Below are positions 19,271-27,547 of a DNA stretch of 64,000 nucleotides, in pieces. Made by a program: the position numbers and the translations under genes. The stretch comes from an uncultured Mariniphaga sp. (GTDB taxonomy: Bacteria > Bacteroidota > Bacteroidia > Bacteroidales > Prolixibacteraceae), in assembly GCA_964398855.1 (NCBI GenBank), contig CAYNOQ010000002.1:170-64169 (forward strand), given 5' to 3'. The notes beneath the pieces were generated by a model. That model worked only from the letters and a program-made list of their open reading frames with translations, did no database searches and had not been told where the DNA came from. Numbering within the stretch: the first letter of the stretch is position 1; every line of letters starts with the position of its first letter.

Positions 19271-20509
19271 ATGAATCAGAAAAAGAATAATTTCAGTAAA
19301 AGTCCCTTCTCCCGAAGAGGATTTTTGCACACTTCCGTTGCCGGTACGGTAGCACTTGCTTTTTCGCCCTTTGACTGTTCATCGGGTAAATCCAAACAGC
19401 CGGCTCAGGGAACTCCCGACATTCAGGGATTTGATGAACTTTCTACAGCAGCCGATCCTTATGCAGGCTGGAACTCCTTTTCCGGCAGGAAAATAAAAGT
19501 GGGGATAGTGGGTTACGGGCGCAGCAAATTTGGTGCTTCGTTTGGTTTTCAAAATCATCCCAATGTGGAGGTTGTAGCTGTCAGCGACCTTTTCCCGGAT
19601 CGTTGTGAGGAGTTAGCCAAAGTAACCAACTGTAAAAAAACATACCCTTCGCTTGAAGAGTTGGTAAAAGACAAGGAGATTGAAGCGGTTTTTGTTGCCA
19701 CCGACGCGCCGGGACACATGCAGCACTGCCTTGAAGTATTAAAACACGGCAAGCACGTGGCAGTTGCCGTTCCGGCAGTTTTTGGTTCTGTTGAAGATGC
19801 CCATAAGCTGTATGAAGCGGTGAAATCCAGTGGATTAAAGTACATGATGTTTGAAACTTCAATGTTTCGGGAAAGCCTGTGGGCTATGCGGCAAATATAC
19901 GAAGCCGGCAGCTTCGGCGAGCTGGTTTATGCCGAGGGGGAATATTATCACTACATGGATGAGCCTATTGATTCCTACAAAGGGTGGCGCATCGGTTTGC
20001 CGCCACAGTTTTATCCAACGCATTCCAATGCTTTTCACCACTGCATCACCGGTGGCAGTTTCACTGAAGTTTCCTGCATGGGAATGCCCAGCGTCATTTC
20101 GCATTTGAAACCGGAAAATAATATGTATAAAAATCCTTTTGGTACTGAAATCGCTTTTTTTCGCACGAGTGAAGGTGGCACGGCGCGCATGGCAGTGAGC
20201 TGGGATACGCCGGGCGACAGTGGCGAGCGGGGCAGGGTACGCGGACAAAAAGGAAGCTATTATAATAAGTTTGAAGGATTAGATGTTAAACTGCCCGAAC
20301 TGAAAAGGCCTCCGCTTCCGCCGGGAATGCCCTTAGGCGGACACGGAGGCTCTCATGGTTATCTCACCAATGAATTTGTGCATGCAATTCTGGAAGACCG
20401 CGAACCGTTAATCGGCGTGGAAATGTCACTGAACCTGACTGTTTCGGGAATTGTTGCCCATCAATCCGCACTCAAAGACGGTGAGCTGCTGAAAATTCCG
20501 CAGTTCTAG
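19271..20509 (+). CDS. Tat-exported Gfo/Idh/MocA-family NAD(P)-dependent oxidoreductase (GH109-like / glycoside dehydrogenase-like)
   Basis: Twin-arginine signal FSRRGFLHTSVAGTVALAFSP. Rossmann start KVGIVGYGRSKFG with ..VVAVSDLFPDR... Size and layout match periplasmic Gfo/Idh/MocA enzymes. Confidence 0.7.
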   Translation: MNQKKNNFSKSPFSRRGFLHTSVAGTVALAFSPFDCSSGKSKQPAQGTPDIQGFDELSTAADPYAGWNSFSGRKIKVGIVGYGRSKFGASFGFQNHPNVEVVAVSDLFPDRCEELAKVTNCKKTYPSLEELVKDKEIEAVFVATDAPGHMQHCLEVLKHGKHVAVAVPAVFGSVEDAHKLYEAVKSSGLKYMMFETSMFRESLWAMRQIYEAGSFGELVYAEGEYYHYMDEPIDSYKGWRIGLPPQFYPTHSNAFHHCITGGSFTEVSCMGMPSVISHLKPENNMYKNPFGTEIAFFRTSEGGTARMAVSWDTPGDSGERGRVRGQKGSYYNKFEGLDVKLPELKRPPLPPGMPLGGHGGSHGYLTNEFVHAILEDREPLIGVEMSLNLTVSGIVAHQSALKDGELLKIPQF

Positions 20510-20547
20510 CTCTGAAATCCAGATTGAAAGGCCTGCTGTACCCGATC

Positions 20548-21000
20548 TTACTGAACTCCTCCGTACTTCAGGCTTGCCTGCCTTACTGTTGAGGCATTAT
20601 AAAGCCGTACCGTGAAGATTTCGCTTCCTTCGTCTGTCTCCTTTTTCAGAAACAGTTCGAAGCCGGTTTCAGTATTGGAATAGGCAATATCCTGTGTTTT
20701 TATGCCGACAGTACAATTGGTAATCATCTCTTTGGTAAAGGAGTAGGTCTTTGTGTTGGAGGCAACGGAGATATTGCCATTGTTGAAAATGGTCACTTCA
20801 TAGGCTTTGTCTTTCGTAAATTCACTTGTGAAGTTTGTAGTGATTGATGTGCCGGTGAAGTTCACCTTCATGGCATTGTCAACAAAGAAAGTTTCGCAGG
20901 AGTCAGGTTTATCGTCTTCATCTTTATCCTTTTTGCAGGAAAAGACGGCTGTCGCCAGTAGCAAAGCCAGAATAATGAGTAATGGTGCATTTTTTTTCAT
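20548..21000 (-). CDS. Small lipoprotein, function unknown
   Basis: Lipobox MKKNAPLLIILALLLATAVFSCKKD followed by an acidic linker and a beta-rich body. No recognisable catalytic motif. Confidence 0.6.
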   Translation of the reverse strand: MKKNAPLLIILALLLATAVFSCKKDKDEDDKPDSCETFFVDNAMKVNFTGTSITTNFTSEFTKDKAYEVTIFNNGNISVASNTKTYSFTKEMITNCTVGIKTQDIAYSNTETGFELFLKKETDEGSEIFTVRLYNASTVRQASLKYGGVQ

Positions 21001-21141
21001 AACTTTTATATTTTAATATTTCAACTTTAGTATAATTTCTTACTTACCGAATTGATTGTTAAAATAATTCAGCAATTTATGTTGTAATGTTTGCGAATAA
21101 GTTGTCTGGGGTTGTGGGGCAGGGTAGATTATGGCGCCGGG

Positions 21142-21810
21142 TTATTTAAACCAGTAACTCACCGAAAGTGAGAGAACGGTATTTCCATTATTGGCATCAT
21201 CCCATAATTCGGTTAGTCCATATCCAAAATTCAGCCCAATATGCCAGTTGTCATTGAGTTTGTAGCCACCCATTATATTGATACCGAAATCAATACGTTT
21301 GTCTTCTTCAAATTCAAATGATTTACCTGAATAATTCTCTAAAACCTCACCAGTATTACTATCTGTATATTCAGTTGACCAGTTTCCGAACAGTCCTATA
21401 CCGATGTATGGTCCGGCACCAAAATAGAGCTTATCCATTTGAAGTACCCCATATACAGGCAGCTCAACATACCATGTATTTTCTTTAGATTTTCCTGTTT
21501 CATCATCCCAGTCATCATTCCAGAGCTCTCTTGATCCTTTGCCGTTGATTATTAATCCTGATTGGAGGGAGAAATTTTCTGAAATTTCATAATCACCCAA
21601 AATTCCCAGCTGAAACGAGGGCTGCAACATACTTTTGTCACCATCCTCTTTTCTGTATTTTAGCTCATCCTTAATGTAATGATACCAGGCTCCGTTAATA
21701 CCTGCTTTAACTCCGATGGTGAGTTTTTCGCTCAGGGAAACCTGTGCTTCAGATTGCTGGGCAGTTGTTAATAAACTTACTGTCAGCACTAAAAATAAAA
21801 ATTTTTTCAT
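21142..21810 (-). CDS. Small outer-membrane beta-barrel protein (OMP_b-brl/porin-like)
   Basis: Signal peptide MKKFLFLVLTVSLLTTAQQSEAQ, alternating amphipathic beta strands, and aromatic C-terminal strand LSLSVSYWFK. Confidence 0.7.
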   Translation of the reverse strand: MKKFLFLVLTVSLLTTAQQSEAQVSLSEKLTIGVKAGINGAWYHYIKDELKYRKEDGDKSMLQPSFQLGILGDYEISENFSLQSGLIINGKGSRELWNDDWDDETGKSKENTWYVELPVYGVLQMDKLYFGAGPYIGIGLFGNWSTEYTDSNTGEVLENYSGKSFEFEEDKRIDFGINIMGGYKLNDNWHIGLNFGYGLTELWDDANNGNTVLSLSVSYWFK

Positions 21811-21849
21811 AATTTGATTTTTAAGTGGAATGAATTAAAACTAATCTCA

Positions 21850-21866
21850 GTTATCATTATGATAAC
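21850..21866 (-). promoter_or_regulatory. Palindromic operator candidate (Fur-box-like) 40 bp upstream of the OMP start
   Basis: gttatcattatgataac has 7-bp arms around tta. The gene-sense strand reads GTTATCATAATGATAAC and contains ATAATGATAA, identical to 10 consecutive positions of the classical Fur-box consensus GATAATGATAATCATTATC. A further gataac lies at 21872-21877. Confidence 0.35.
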
Positions 21867-22148
21867 GTTGAGATAACGCGAAAAAGCAGTTTTTTGTTCA
21901 GAAAACAACAAAAAGAGCCTTAATTCTTAATCTGTCTTGGTTTTCAAACTCAAAATTCAAAGTCTCGGGTTCGAAAAAAACAGAAAGCCGATGACATGGA
22001 TGAGTAGGCTCAATACGGATGTTTATGGGATTAATAATCTGCGTAAATCAGCAAAACCTGCATAAAATCAGGAGGATCAAGGAGTAGCATAAAGAATTAC
22101 AAAATCGCCTAATCAATATTATTGGCTTTAAAAATAAAAATTCAAGAA

Positions 22149-22235
22149 AATTCACCACAGAGAACACAGAGAAGCACAGAGAAGCACAGAGAATGATTTA
22201 GTGAAACTTAGAGCCTTCGTGATTTTGTAGCAAAA
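22149..22235 (-). repeat. Dispersed repeat element, copy 3 (inverted relative to copy 1), with an internal cacagagaag tandem
   Basis: aattcaccacagagaacacagagaagcacagagaagcacagagaatgatttagtgaaacttagagccttcgtgattttgtagc. Its reverse complement aligns module by module with 10391-10464. Confidence 0.8.
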
Positions 22236-22252
22236 ATAAAGAGACACACTTC

Positions 22253-22274
22253 GATCACTTCGACAAGCTCAGTG
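22253..22274 (-). repeat. 22-nt module, exact inverted copy of 10584-10605
   Basis: The reverse complement of gatcacttcgacaagctcagtg is cactgagcttgtcgaagtgatc. Confidence 0.9.
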
Positions 22275-22565
22275 GCCACCCAGTGGCCGTTCAGAGTCCA
22301 TAACCAATTGAATAATCTGCGAGAAATAAATTACACAAGAAATGCCACCGAAACACCAAACCACCAAGACCCACAAAAAATCATTAAAAAAGCTTCCCTC
22401 CCTGCCTGTACCAACTATGAAACCACATGGTTAAACCTTTGGGTTTAAACTTTGGAATTTTGGTTGGTTCGCAGGTGATTGTTTAGATTTGCGAATGGCG
22501 GTTCCTGTTGGGGCGCAAGCGTTATTTTATATCTGAAAAATTTATAAATTTTAATTAAAAAAACG

Positions 22566-24905
22566 ATGAGACAATTTTTTAAACTTGTTTTGATTTTCGC
22601 TTTTGTATTTAATTTGATGGTTTCGTGCGGCAACCAAGCCGGGCAACCCGGCCTTGAAAATGCAGTGATTTTGATTTCACCGTCGCTCACTTCGCCTATG
22701 TTGGAAACAGCTCCGCTGGTTTTGACCGAGGAGGTTGCCAAAAGAACTTCACTCAATTTGCAGCAGGTTAGCGACTGGAACAGTAAGACCGTGATTGCAC
22801 TGGCGCTTTCGGGTGACAAAGAGCTGTTCGGGAAAGCCGTTCCGGCGAGCAGCGATGGCAGCAGCCCCGAATTTAAAGCTGAAGGTTTCCGGTTAAAATA
22901 TGTTGAAGAGGGCGGCAAAAAGACGCTTTGGATTATCGGTGCCGATGCACGCGGTGTTCTCTTCGGAATTGGTAAGCTGCTGAGAATAGCCGAACTGGAG
23001 GATGGGCTGTTCCGTATTCCGGAAGCTGTTGATTATGCCACTTCACCTGAATATCCGCTTCGCGGTCATCAGTTTGGTTACCGAAATACCGCCAATTCAT
23101 GGGATGCCTGGGATATTGAGCAGTTTGACCAGCACTTCAGGGAGCAGGTTCTTTTTGGCGCAAACAGCTTTGAGAGTATTCCATTTCAGGAGGAAAAAAT
23201 CAGCGAGCACATGAAGATTCCGCGCGATGTCATGAATGTGGCAATGAGCGAAATATGCCTGAAATATGATGCAGAATACTGGGTATGGACGCCGGCAACA
23301 TTTGATTTGAAGAATACCGGACTGCGCACAAAAGAGATTGAAAAGCATGAAGCATTCTATAAGGCTTGTCCGCGTTTAGATGCAGTTTTTTTCCCGGGTG
23401 GCGATCCGGGTAACAATCTTCCCGAAGATGTGATGCCTTTCCTTGAGGAGCTCACCACAATTTTGCATAAATATCACCCTGATGCCACCATGTGGATATC
23501 TCTGCAAGGCTTCAGCGAAAAAAGCGTAAAATACTTTTTTGATTATCTGAATGAAAAAAGCCCCGACTGGCTGGAAGGCGTTGCCAACGGACCGAGCAGT
23601 CCGCCGGTTGAAATTGAGCGCCAGCTTCTGCCGGAGAAATATAAACTCAGGCTCTATCCCGACATTACTCATACTGTCAGATGTTCTTATCCGGTGAAGC
23701 AGTGGGATCAGGCTTATGCACTCACCGAAGGGCGCGAATGCACCAATCCGCAACCTTTATATTATGCGGAAATTTTCAGGAGAGATATGCCCCCAACCGA
23801 CGGGTTTCTCTCTTATTCTGATGGAGTTAACGACGACGTGAACAAGGTGGTATGGAGCTGGTTGGGCTGGGATTCCAAGGCAGATGTAAAAGAGATTGTC
23901 ACCGAATATACCCGCTTTTTCTTTGGAAATCGGGTTGCAGAAAAGGCTTCCGAAGGAATTTTGGCTTTAGAGGAAAATTGGGTAGGTCCGTTAGAGGGGA
24001 ATGAAACAGTTGGAAAAACGCTCGAATTGTGGAAAACGATTGATGCTGAAAATCCGCAGTTAGCTGGCAACTGGCGCTGGCAGCAGCTGGTGATGCGTGC
24101 TTACTACGACAGCTTTGTTCAGCAACGGCAGGCATACGAAAGAGGGCTTGAAAAAGAGGCTTATGAAATTCTTGCAAATGCCGGCACCACCGGCGCCGAC
24201 AAGGCAATGGACGAAGCGCTTAAAGTGTTGGAGAAGGCAGAAACAGAGCCTGCTGCACAGGAGCTTCGGGAAATTATCGTAGATTATTGCGAGCAGCTGT
24301 TCCAATCGGTTGGTTTGCAAACCAGCGTGCCAAAATATGGTGCAAAAAATCACGAAAGGGGAGCAATTCTCGATTTTATTGATTACCCGCTGAACAACCG
24401 CTGGTGGCTTGAAGATGAGTTTGAAAAAGTGAGGGAAATGAAATCGGAGCAGCAGAAAATTGCCCGGCTTGATTTTATCAGAACCTATGAAACGCCCGGT
24501 GAAGGCAGTTTCTATGACAATATTTCCAGCGCGGATGCAAAGCATGTGGTTTCTGAAACCGATGATGCCATCGACTATCTGTGGGAGGAGAACGGTTTCA
24601 GCCGCAAAAGGCTCTCTACCCAGCTTTTCCAGTTCAGCCCGGTTTTGGAATATGACGAACTTGATCCGAAGTCGGATTATCTGATCCGCGTTGCCGGATA
24701 CGGCGAAGCGCTGCTTCGTGCCAACGGTGAGCGGCTCACGCCAACAAAATATGAGAAAGGATATGAGCAGTTTAAGGAGTTTCCACTGCCAAAAGAGCTG
24801 ATTAAAGAGGGTAAACTGAAAATCACCTTCGACCGCCCCGATGAAGGACACCTTAACTGGCGCATGCAGTCGCGCGTAACCGATGTTTGGGTGCTGAAGC
24901 AGTGA
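22566..24905 (+). CDS. Exported ~800-aa glycoside-hydrolase-like lipoprotein, copy B (paralogue of 11981..14437)
   Basis: Lipobox MRQFFKLVLIFAFVFNLMVSC. Motifs shared with copy A: LWIIGADARGVLFGIGKLLR, TSPEYPLRGHQFGYRNTANSWDAWD, LFGANSFE, LDAVFFPGGDPG, KYHPDA, RLYPDITH, GRECTNPQP, SYSDGVNDDVNKVVWS, FYDN and a C-terminal VWVLKQ (IWLIRK in copy A). Confidence 0.6.
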   Translation: MRQFFKLVLIFAFVFNLMVSCGNQAGQPGLENAVILISPSLTSPMLETAPLVLTEEVAKRTSLNLQQVSDWNSKTVIALALSGDKELFGKAVPASSDGSSPEFKAEGFRLKYVEEGGKKTLWIIGADARGVLFGIGKLLRIAELEDGLFRIPEAVDYATSPEYPLRGHQFGYRNTANSWDAWDIEQFDQHFREQVLFGANSFESIPFQEEKISEHMKIPRDVMNVAMSEICLKYDAEYWVWTPATFDLKNTGLRTKEIEKHEAFYKACPRLDAVFFPGGDPGNNLPEDVMPFLEELTTILHKYHPDATMWISLQGFSEKSVKYFFDYLNEKSPDWLEGVANGPSSPPVEIERQLLPEKYKLRLYPDITHTVRCSYPVKQWDQAYALTEGRECTNPQPLYYAEIFRRDMPPTDGFLSYSDGVNDDVNKVVWSWLGWDSKADVKEIVTEYTRFFFGNRVAEKASEGILALEENWVGPLEGNETVGKTLELWKTIDAENPQLAGNWRWQQLVMRAYYDSFVQQRQAYERGLEKEAYEILANAGTTGADKAMDEALKVLEKAETEPAAQELREIIVDYCEQLFQSVGLQTSVPKYGAKNHERGAILDFIDYPLNNRWWLEDEFEKVREMKSEQQKIARLDFIRTYETPGEGSFYDNISSADAKHVVSETDDAIDYLWEENGFSRKRLSTQLFQFSPVLEYDELDPKSDYLIRVAGYGEALLRANGERLTPTKYEKGYEQFKEFPLPKELIKEGKLKITFDRPDEGHLNWRMQSRVTDVWVLKQ

Positions 24906-24951
24906 GAAGAGATTTGGAGGTTGCTTTCTCAAAAAATAATTATATTTGAAT

Positions 24952-24986
24952 AATGGAACTCGTCCTGAAAATAGGGACGAGTTCCA
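24952..24986 (+). terminator. Strong rho-independent terminator after GH-like copy B
   Basis: atggaactcgtcc (24952-24964) pairs perfectly with ggacgagttccat (24974-24986), followed by ttat. Confidence 0.75.
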
Positions 24987-25115
24987 TTTATTCGTTAATA
25001 ATCAGTCTGAAACTATTAACAGCCCGTAATTGGCTGGATTATTTGTATTTATCAGCTTAACCTTAACATCTAGAAGTGCTTCGCAATGTTTTTTATGATT
25101 TTTAAAAATAAGTAG

Positions 25116-25892
25116 ATGAAATACTTACCATTTTTTTTGTTTATAACCCTACCATTTTTGGCAACGCCGCAACGCCCGGCGCAAGGACCTGTTTCCGATA
25201 AAATACATAATCCGCTGGAAATGGGTTATAAGCTGGTGTGGAGCGATGAGTTTGAGGGAAATCATCTGGATACGACCAAATGGCGCGTTCGCGGGATTGG
25301 ATCCCGAGCAGTTTCTTATGTTTCTCCACGTGCTGTGAAAGTTGAAGGCGGATATCTGAAACTGTTTGCACTGAATGAAAACGACACTTTGTTTGCAAGC
25401 GCTGTTGGTACGCAGGGTTTATTTATGGCAAAATACGGTTGGTTTGAATGTCGTGCACAGGTACAAAAGTCGCCGGGAGGGGTATGGGCTGCCTTCTGGA
25501 TTCAGTCAGCAGAAATTTCCAAAGGGGAAGATCCTGCAAAATTTGGCGCTGAAATCGATATCATGGAATGTTTCCGTAAACTGGGAGATGATATTGTTTC
25601 ACATAACGTTCACTGGGCATACGGACCTAACCAACAGTCAACACGGGGTTACCAGAGCTATTTGGAGGGGTTGGGAGAAGGATTTCACAATTTTGCACTG
25701 GAATGGTTGCCTGATCGCTATATCTTCTATGTTGACGGGCTGAAGTTTTATGAGGTTATGCAGGGAATTTCACAAATTGAGGAGTACCTTATTTTGAGCA
25801 TGGAATATCCCAATAATCTGAAAGAAGTTGAGAAGTCGGTTTTTCCTGATGTTTTTCTGGTTGATTATGTGAGGGTTTATCAAAAAGAGTAA
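25116..25892 (+). CDS. Glycoside hydrolase family 16 (laminarinase/beta-glucanase-type)
   Basis: LVWSDEFEGNHLDTTKW and catalytic GAEIDIMEC (ExDxxE with Met insertion). Signal-like N-terminus MKYLPFFLFITLPFLATPQ. Confidence 0.85.
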   Translation: MKYLPFFLFITLPFLATPQRPAQGPVSDKIHNPLEMGYKLVWSDEFEGNHLDTTKWRVRGIGSRAVSYVSPRAVKVEGGYLKLFALNENDTLFASAVGTQGLFMAKYGWFECRAQVQKSPGGVWAAFWIQSAEISKGEDPAKFGAEIDIMECFRKLGDDIVSHNVHWAYGPNQQSTRGYQSYLEGLGEGFHNFALEWLPDRYIFYVDGLKFYEVMQGISQIEEYLILSMEYPNNLKEVEKSVFPDVFLVDYVRVYQKE

Positions 25893-25965
25893 AAATTTCA
25901 AAAGGTCACAGGAATACATAGGCAAAGCCTGAGGTCTGGGATTTATATTCAAAGAAATACCCATT

Positions 25966-25994
25966 AAAAAAGGGAAGCCATGCTTCCCTTTTTT
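25966..25994. terminator. Bidirectional terminator between GH16 and exbD
   Basis: aaaaaa-gggaagc-cat-gcttccc-tttttt. The A-run and T-run flank a 7-bp GC-rich stem. Confidence 0.65.
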
Positions 25995-25999
25995 AAAAA

Positions 26000-26470
26000 C
26001 TATCTTTGTACTTTTTTTCTCGAAGAATAGTTGATATGCAGTGCTGCGGATTTTCGCAGCTCCTGTTTTATATCGGTAACAATCCCCATTTTCGTATTTT
26101 CATCCACCTTCAGTGATGTGATCATCATGGGTCTTTCAGCCTCATTTCTGGCTTCTCTTTCTGCAATGATATATTCCTGAATGTCAGGAACGCCTGCAAA
26201 CTGGTCATTGAGCTGAATCCGGGATGCTATCCCAAAATGCTTTTGGTATTCGGGCAGCGGTTCTCCCACATAGATATAGCTTACCAATGATTTTTTCTCC
26301 AGTTTTGTCAGTTCAGTTGCTCCGGGCAGTGTGATTTTTACCATATATGTTACTTCACGCATGGTTGTAGTAACCATGAAGAAGAACAGCAACATGAAAA
26401 CAATGTCGGGTAATGAAGCTGTCGAAATGGGTGGAAGTTCTTTTTCTCCTTTTTTTCTGAATTTACTCAT
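26000..26470 (-). CDS. exbD: Biopolymer transport protein ExbD/TolR
   Basis: 156 aa with a single N-terminal TM and the ExbD motif ISTASLPDIVFMLLFFFMVTTT. The start abuts the stop of the upstream exbD (26470/26471). Confidence 0.85.
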   Translation of the reverse strand: MSKFRKKGEKELPPISTASLPDIVFMLLFFFMVTTTMREVTYMVKITLPGATELTKLEKKSLVSYIYVGEPLPEYQKHFGIASRIQLNDQFAGVPDIQEYIIAEREARNEAERPMMITSLKVDENTKMGIVTDIKQELRKSAALHINYSSRKKVQR

Positions 26471-27049
26471 TTATCTTCCTCCTACTCTTTTTGGTTCAGC
26501 CTCCGAAATTCTGGATGGATAAATTTCCCGGACAGCATCCTGCTGTTCCTTGTCCAGATCATTAAAGGCTTTTCCGAATTGAATTTTTGCCAACTCATCT
26601 CTCAGTTCACTAATAGCAGCAACCAGCTCGTTTTGAACAGCGATGTAAGTGCCATATTGAGTATCCATGTCATTGCGCAGTGAGATAACCCCCTTGGTTA
26701 TCATCACATCTCCGAAGTAGGGAACGGTTTTTTGTTCCTTTTCAGGGAGATGCTCTTCATTGCGCGGGTTAGCCATGAATTCCTTAGCCATATCGCGTAG
26801 GTTTTCAATTCTGGCATATTCGTTTTCCACCAGAAGTTGGTTGTCCCGGTTCACCAGAACAACAAACACGTTACGCTCCTTGATCATCTGATCGTCATCT
26901 TTGAGCGTCTCGGGATCAACCCATTGCGGAAGTCTTCTTTCCAGACCGCTGTCAACGTCCATCGTGGTTGTTACCAGGAAAAAGATGAGCAACATAAAAG
27001 CAATGTCAGCTAAAGATGTTGCCGGTATTTCAGGTGTTTTTCTTGCCAT
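26471..27049 (-). CDS. exbD: Biopolymer transport protein ExbD/TolR (second copy)
   Basis: 192 aa, with the motif TSLADIAFMLLIFFLVTTTMD. Confidence 0.85.
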   Translation of the reverse strand: MARKTPEIPATSLADIAFMLLIFFLVTTTMDVDSGLERRLPQWVDPETLKDDDQMIKERNVFVVLVNRDNQLLVENEYARIENLRDMAKEFMANPRNEEHLPEKEQKTVPYFGDVMITKGVISLRNDMDTQYGTYIAVQNELVAAISELRDELAKIQFGKAFNDLDKEQQDAVREIYPSRISEAEPKRVGGR

Positions 27050-27082
27050 ATTAAATTTTCCTGTTTTAGTACCACGAATTAA

Positions 27083-27544
27083 TTACTTCTTAAATAAACG
27101 GGTGACAGACGACAACACGATAGATAGAATGGCTAATCCAAAGAGGATATACGTGGCATATAATCCTGCATCAACCAGTTTAGCTACTTTTGGTGTCAGT
27201 GTCCCGTCGTTAATAAATTTTTGTACACCGATAAACTGCGGAATTGCATCTGAAGCAATCAGATACGACACAAGGGCAACAACTCCAAGGAAAGCTATGG
27301 AAATGAGCCCTTTTTTCGCTATTTCAAAATCGGTCGTCATCAGAAAGATGTTTGCAATAATTGCAATTCCTCCTGTAGCAATAAGTAGAATGTAAGCCCA
27401 GACAAGGTTGGAATTAATCCAGTTTCCCATCGTCATATCAGCATCGTTGTCACTAATGTTAACCATCATGGATACGACTAATACTGCCGATACAATGAGC
27501 AGGGCCCACAAAATTATTGTAGTGAACTTCTCTAATCTTCCCAT
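27083..27544 (-). CDS. Four-TM membrane protein of unknown function embedded in the exbB-exbD cluster
   Basis: 153 aa with four hydrophobic segments (TIILWALLIVSAVLVVSMMV, LVWAYILLIATGGIAIIANIFLM, ISIAFLGVVALVSYLIA, YATYILFGLAILSIVLSSV). Its start lies 3 bp after the exbB stop. Confidence 0.6.
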   Translation of the reverse strand: MGRLEKFTTIILWALLIVSAVLVVSMMVNISDNDADMTMGNWINSNLVWAYILLIATGGIAIIANIFLMTTDFEIAKKGLISIAFLGVVALVSYLIASDAIPQFIGVQKFINDGTLTPKVAKLVDAGLYATYILFGLAILSIVLSSVTRLFKK

Positions 27545-27547
27545 TGG

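Noticed and set aside
22149-22200. The tandem cacagagaag units were considered as a possible CRISPR or minisatellite.
   Set aside because: There are only three 10-nt units with no spacers. They form part of the dispersed repeat element and are not a CRISPR array.
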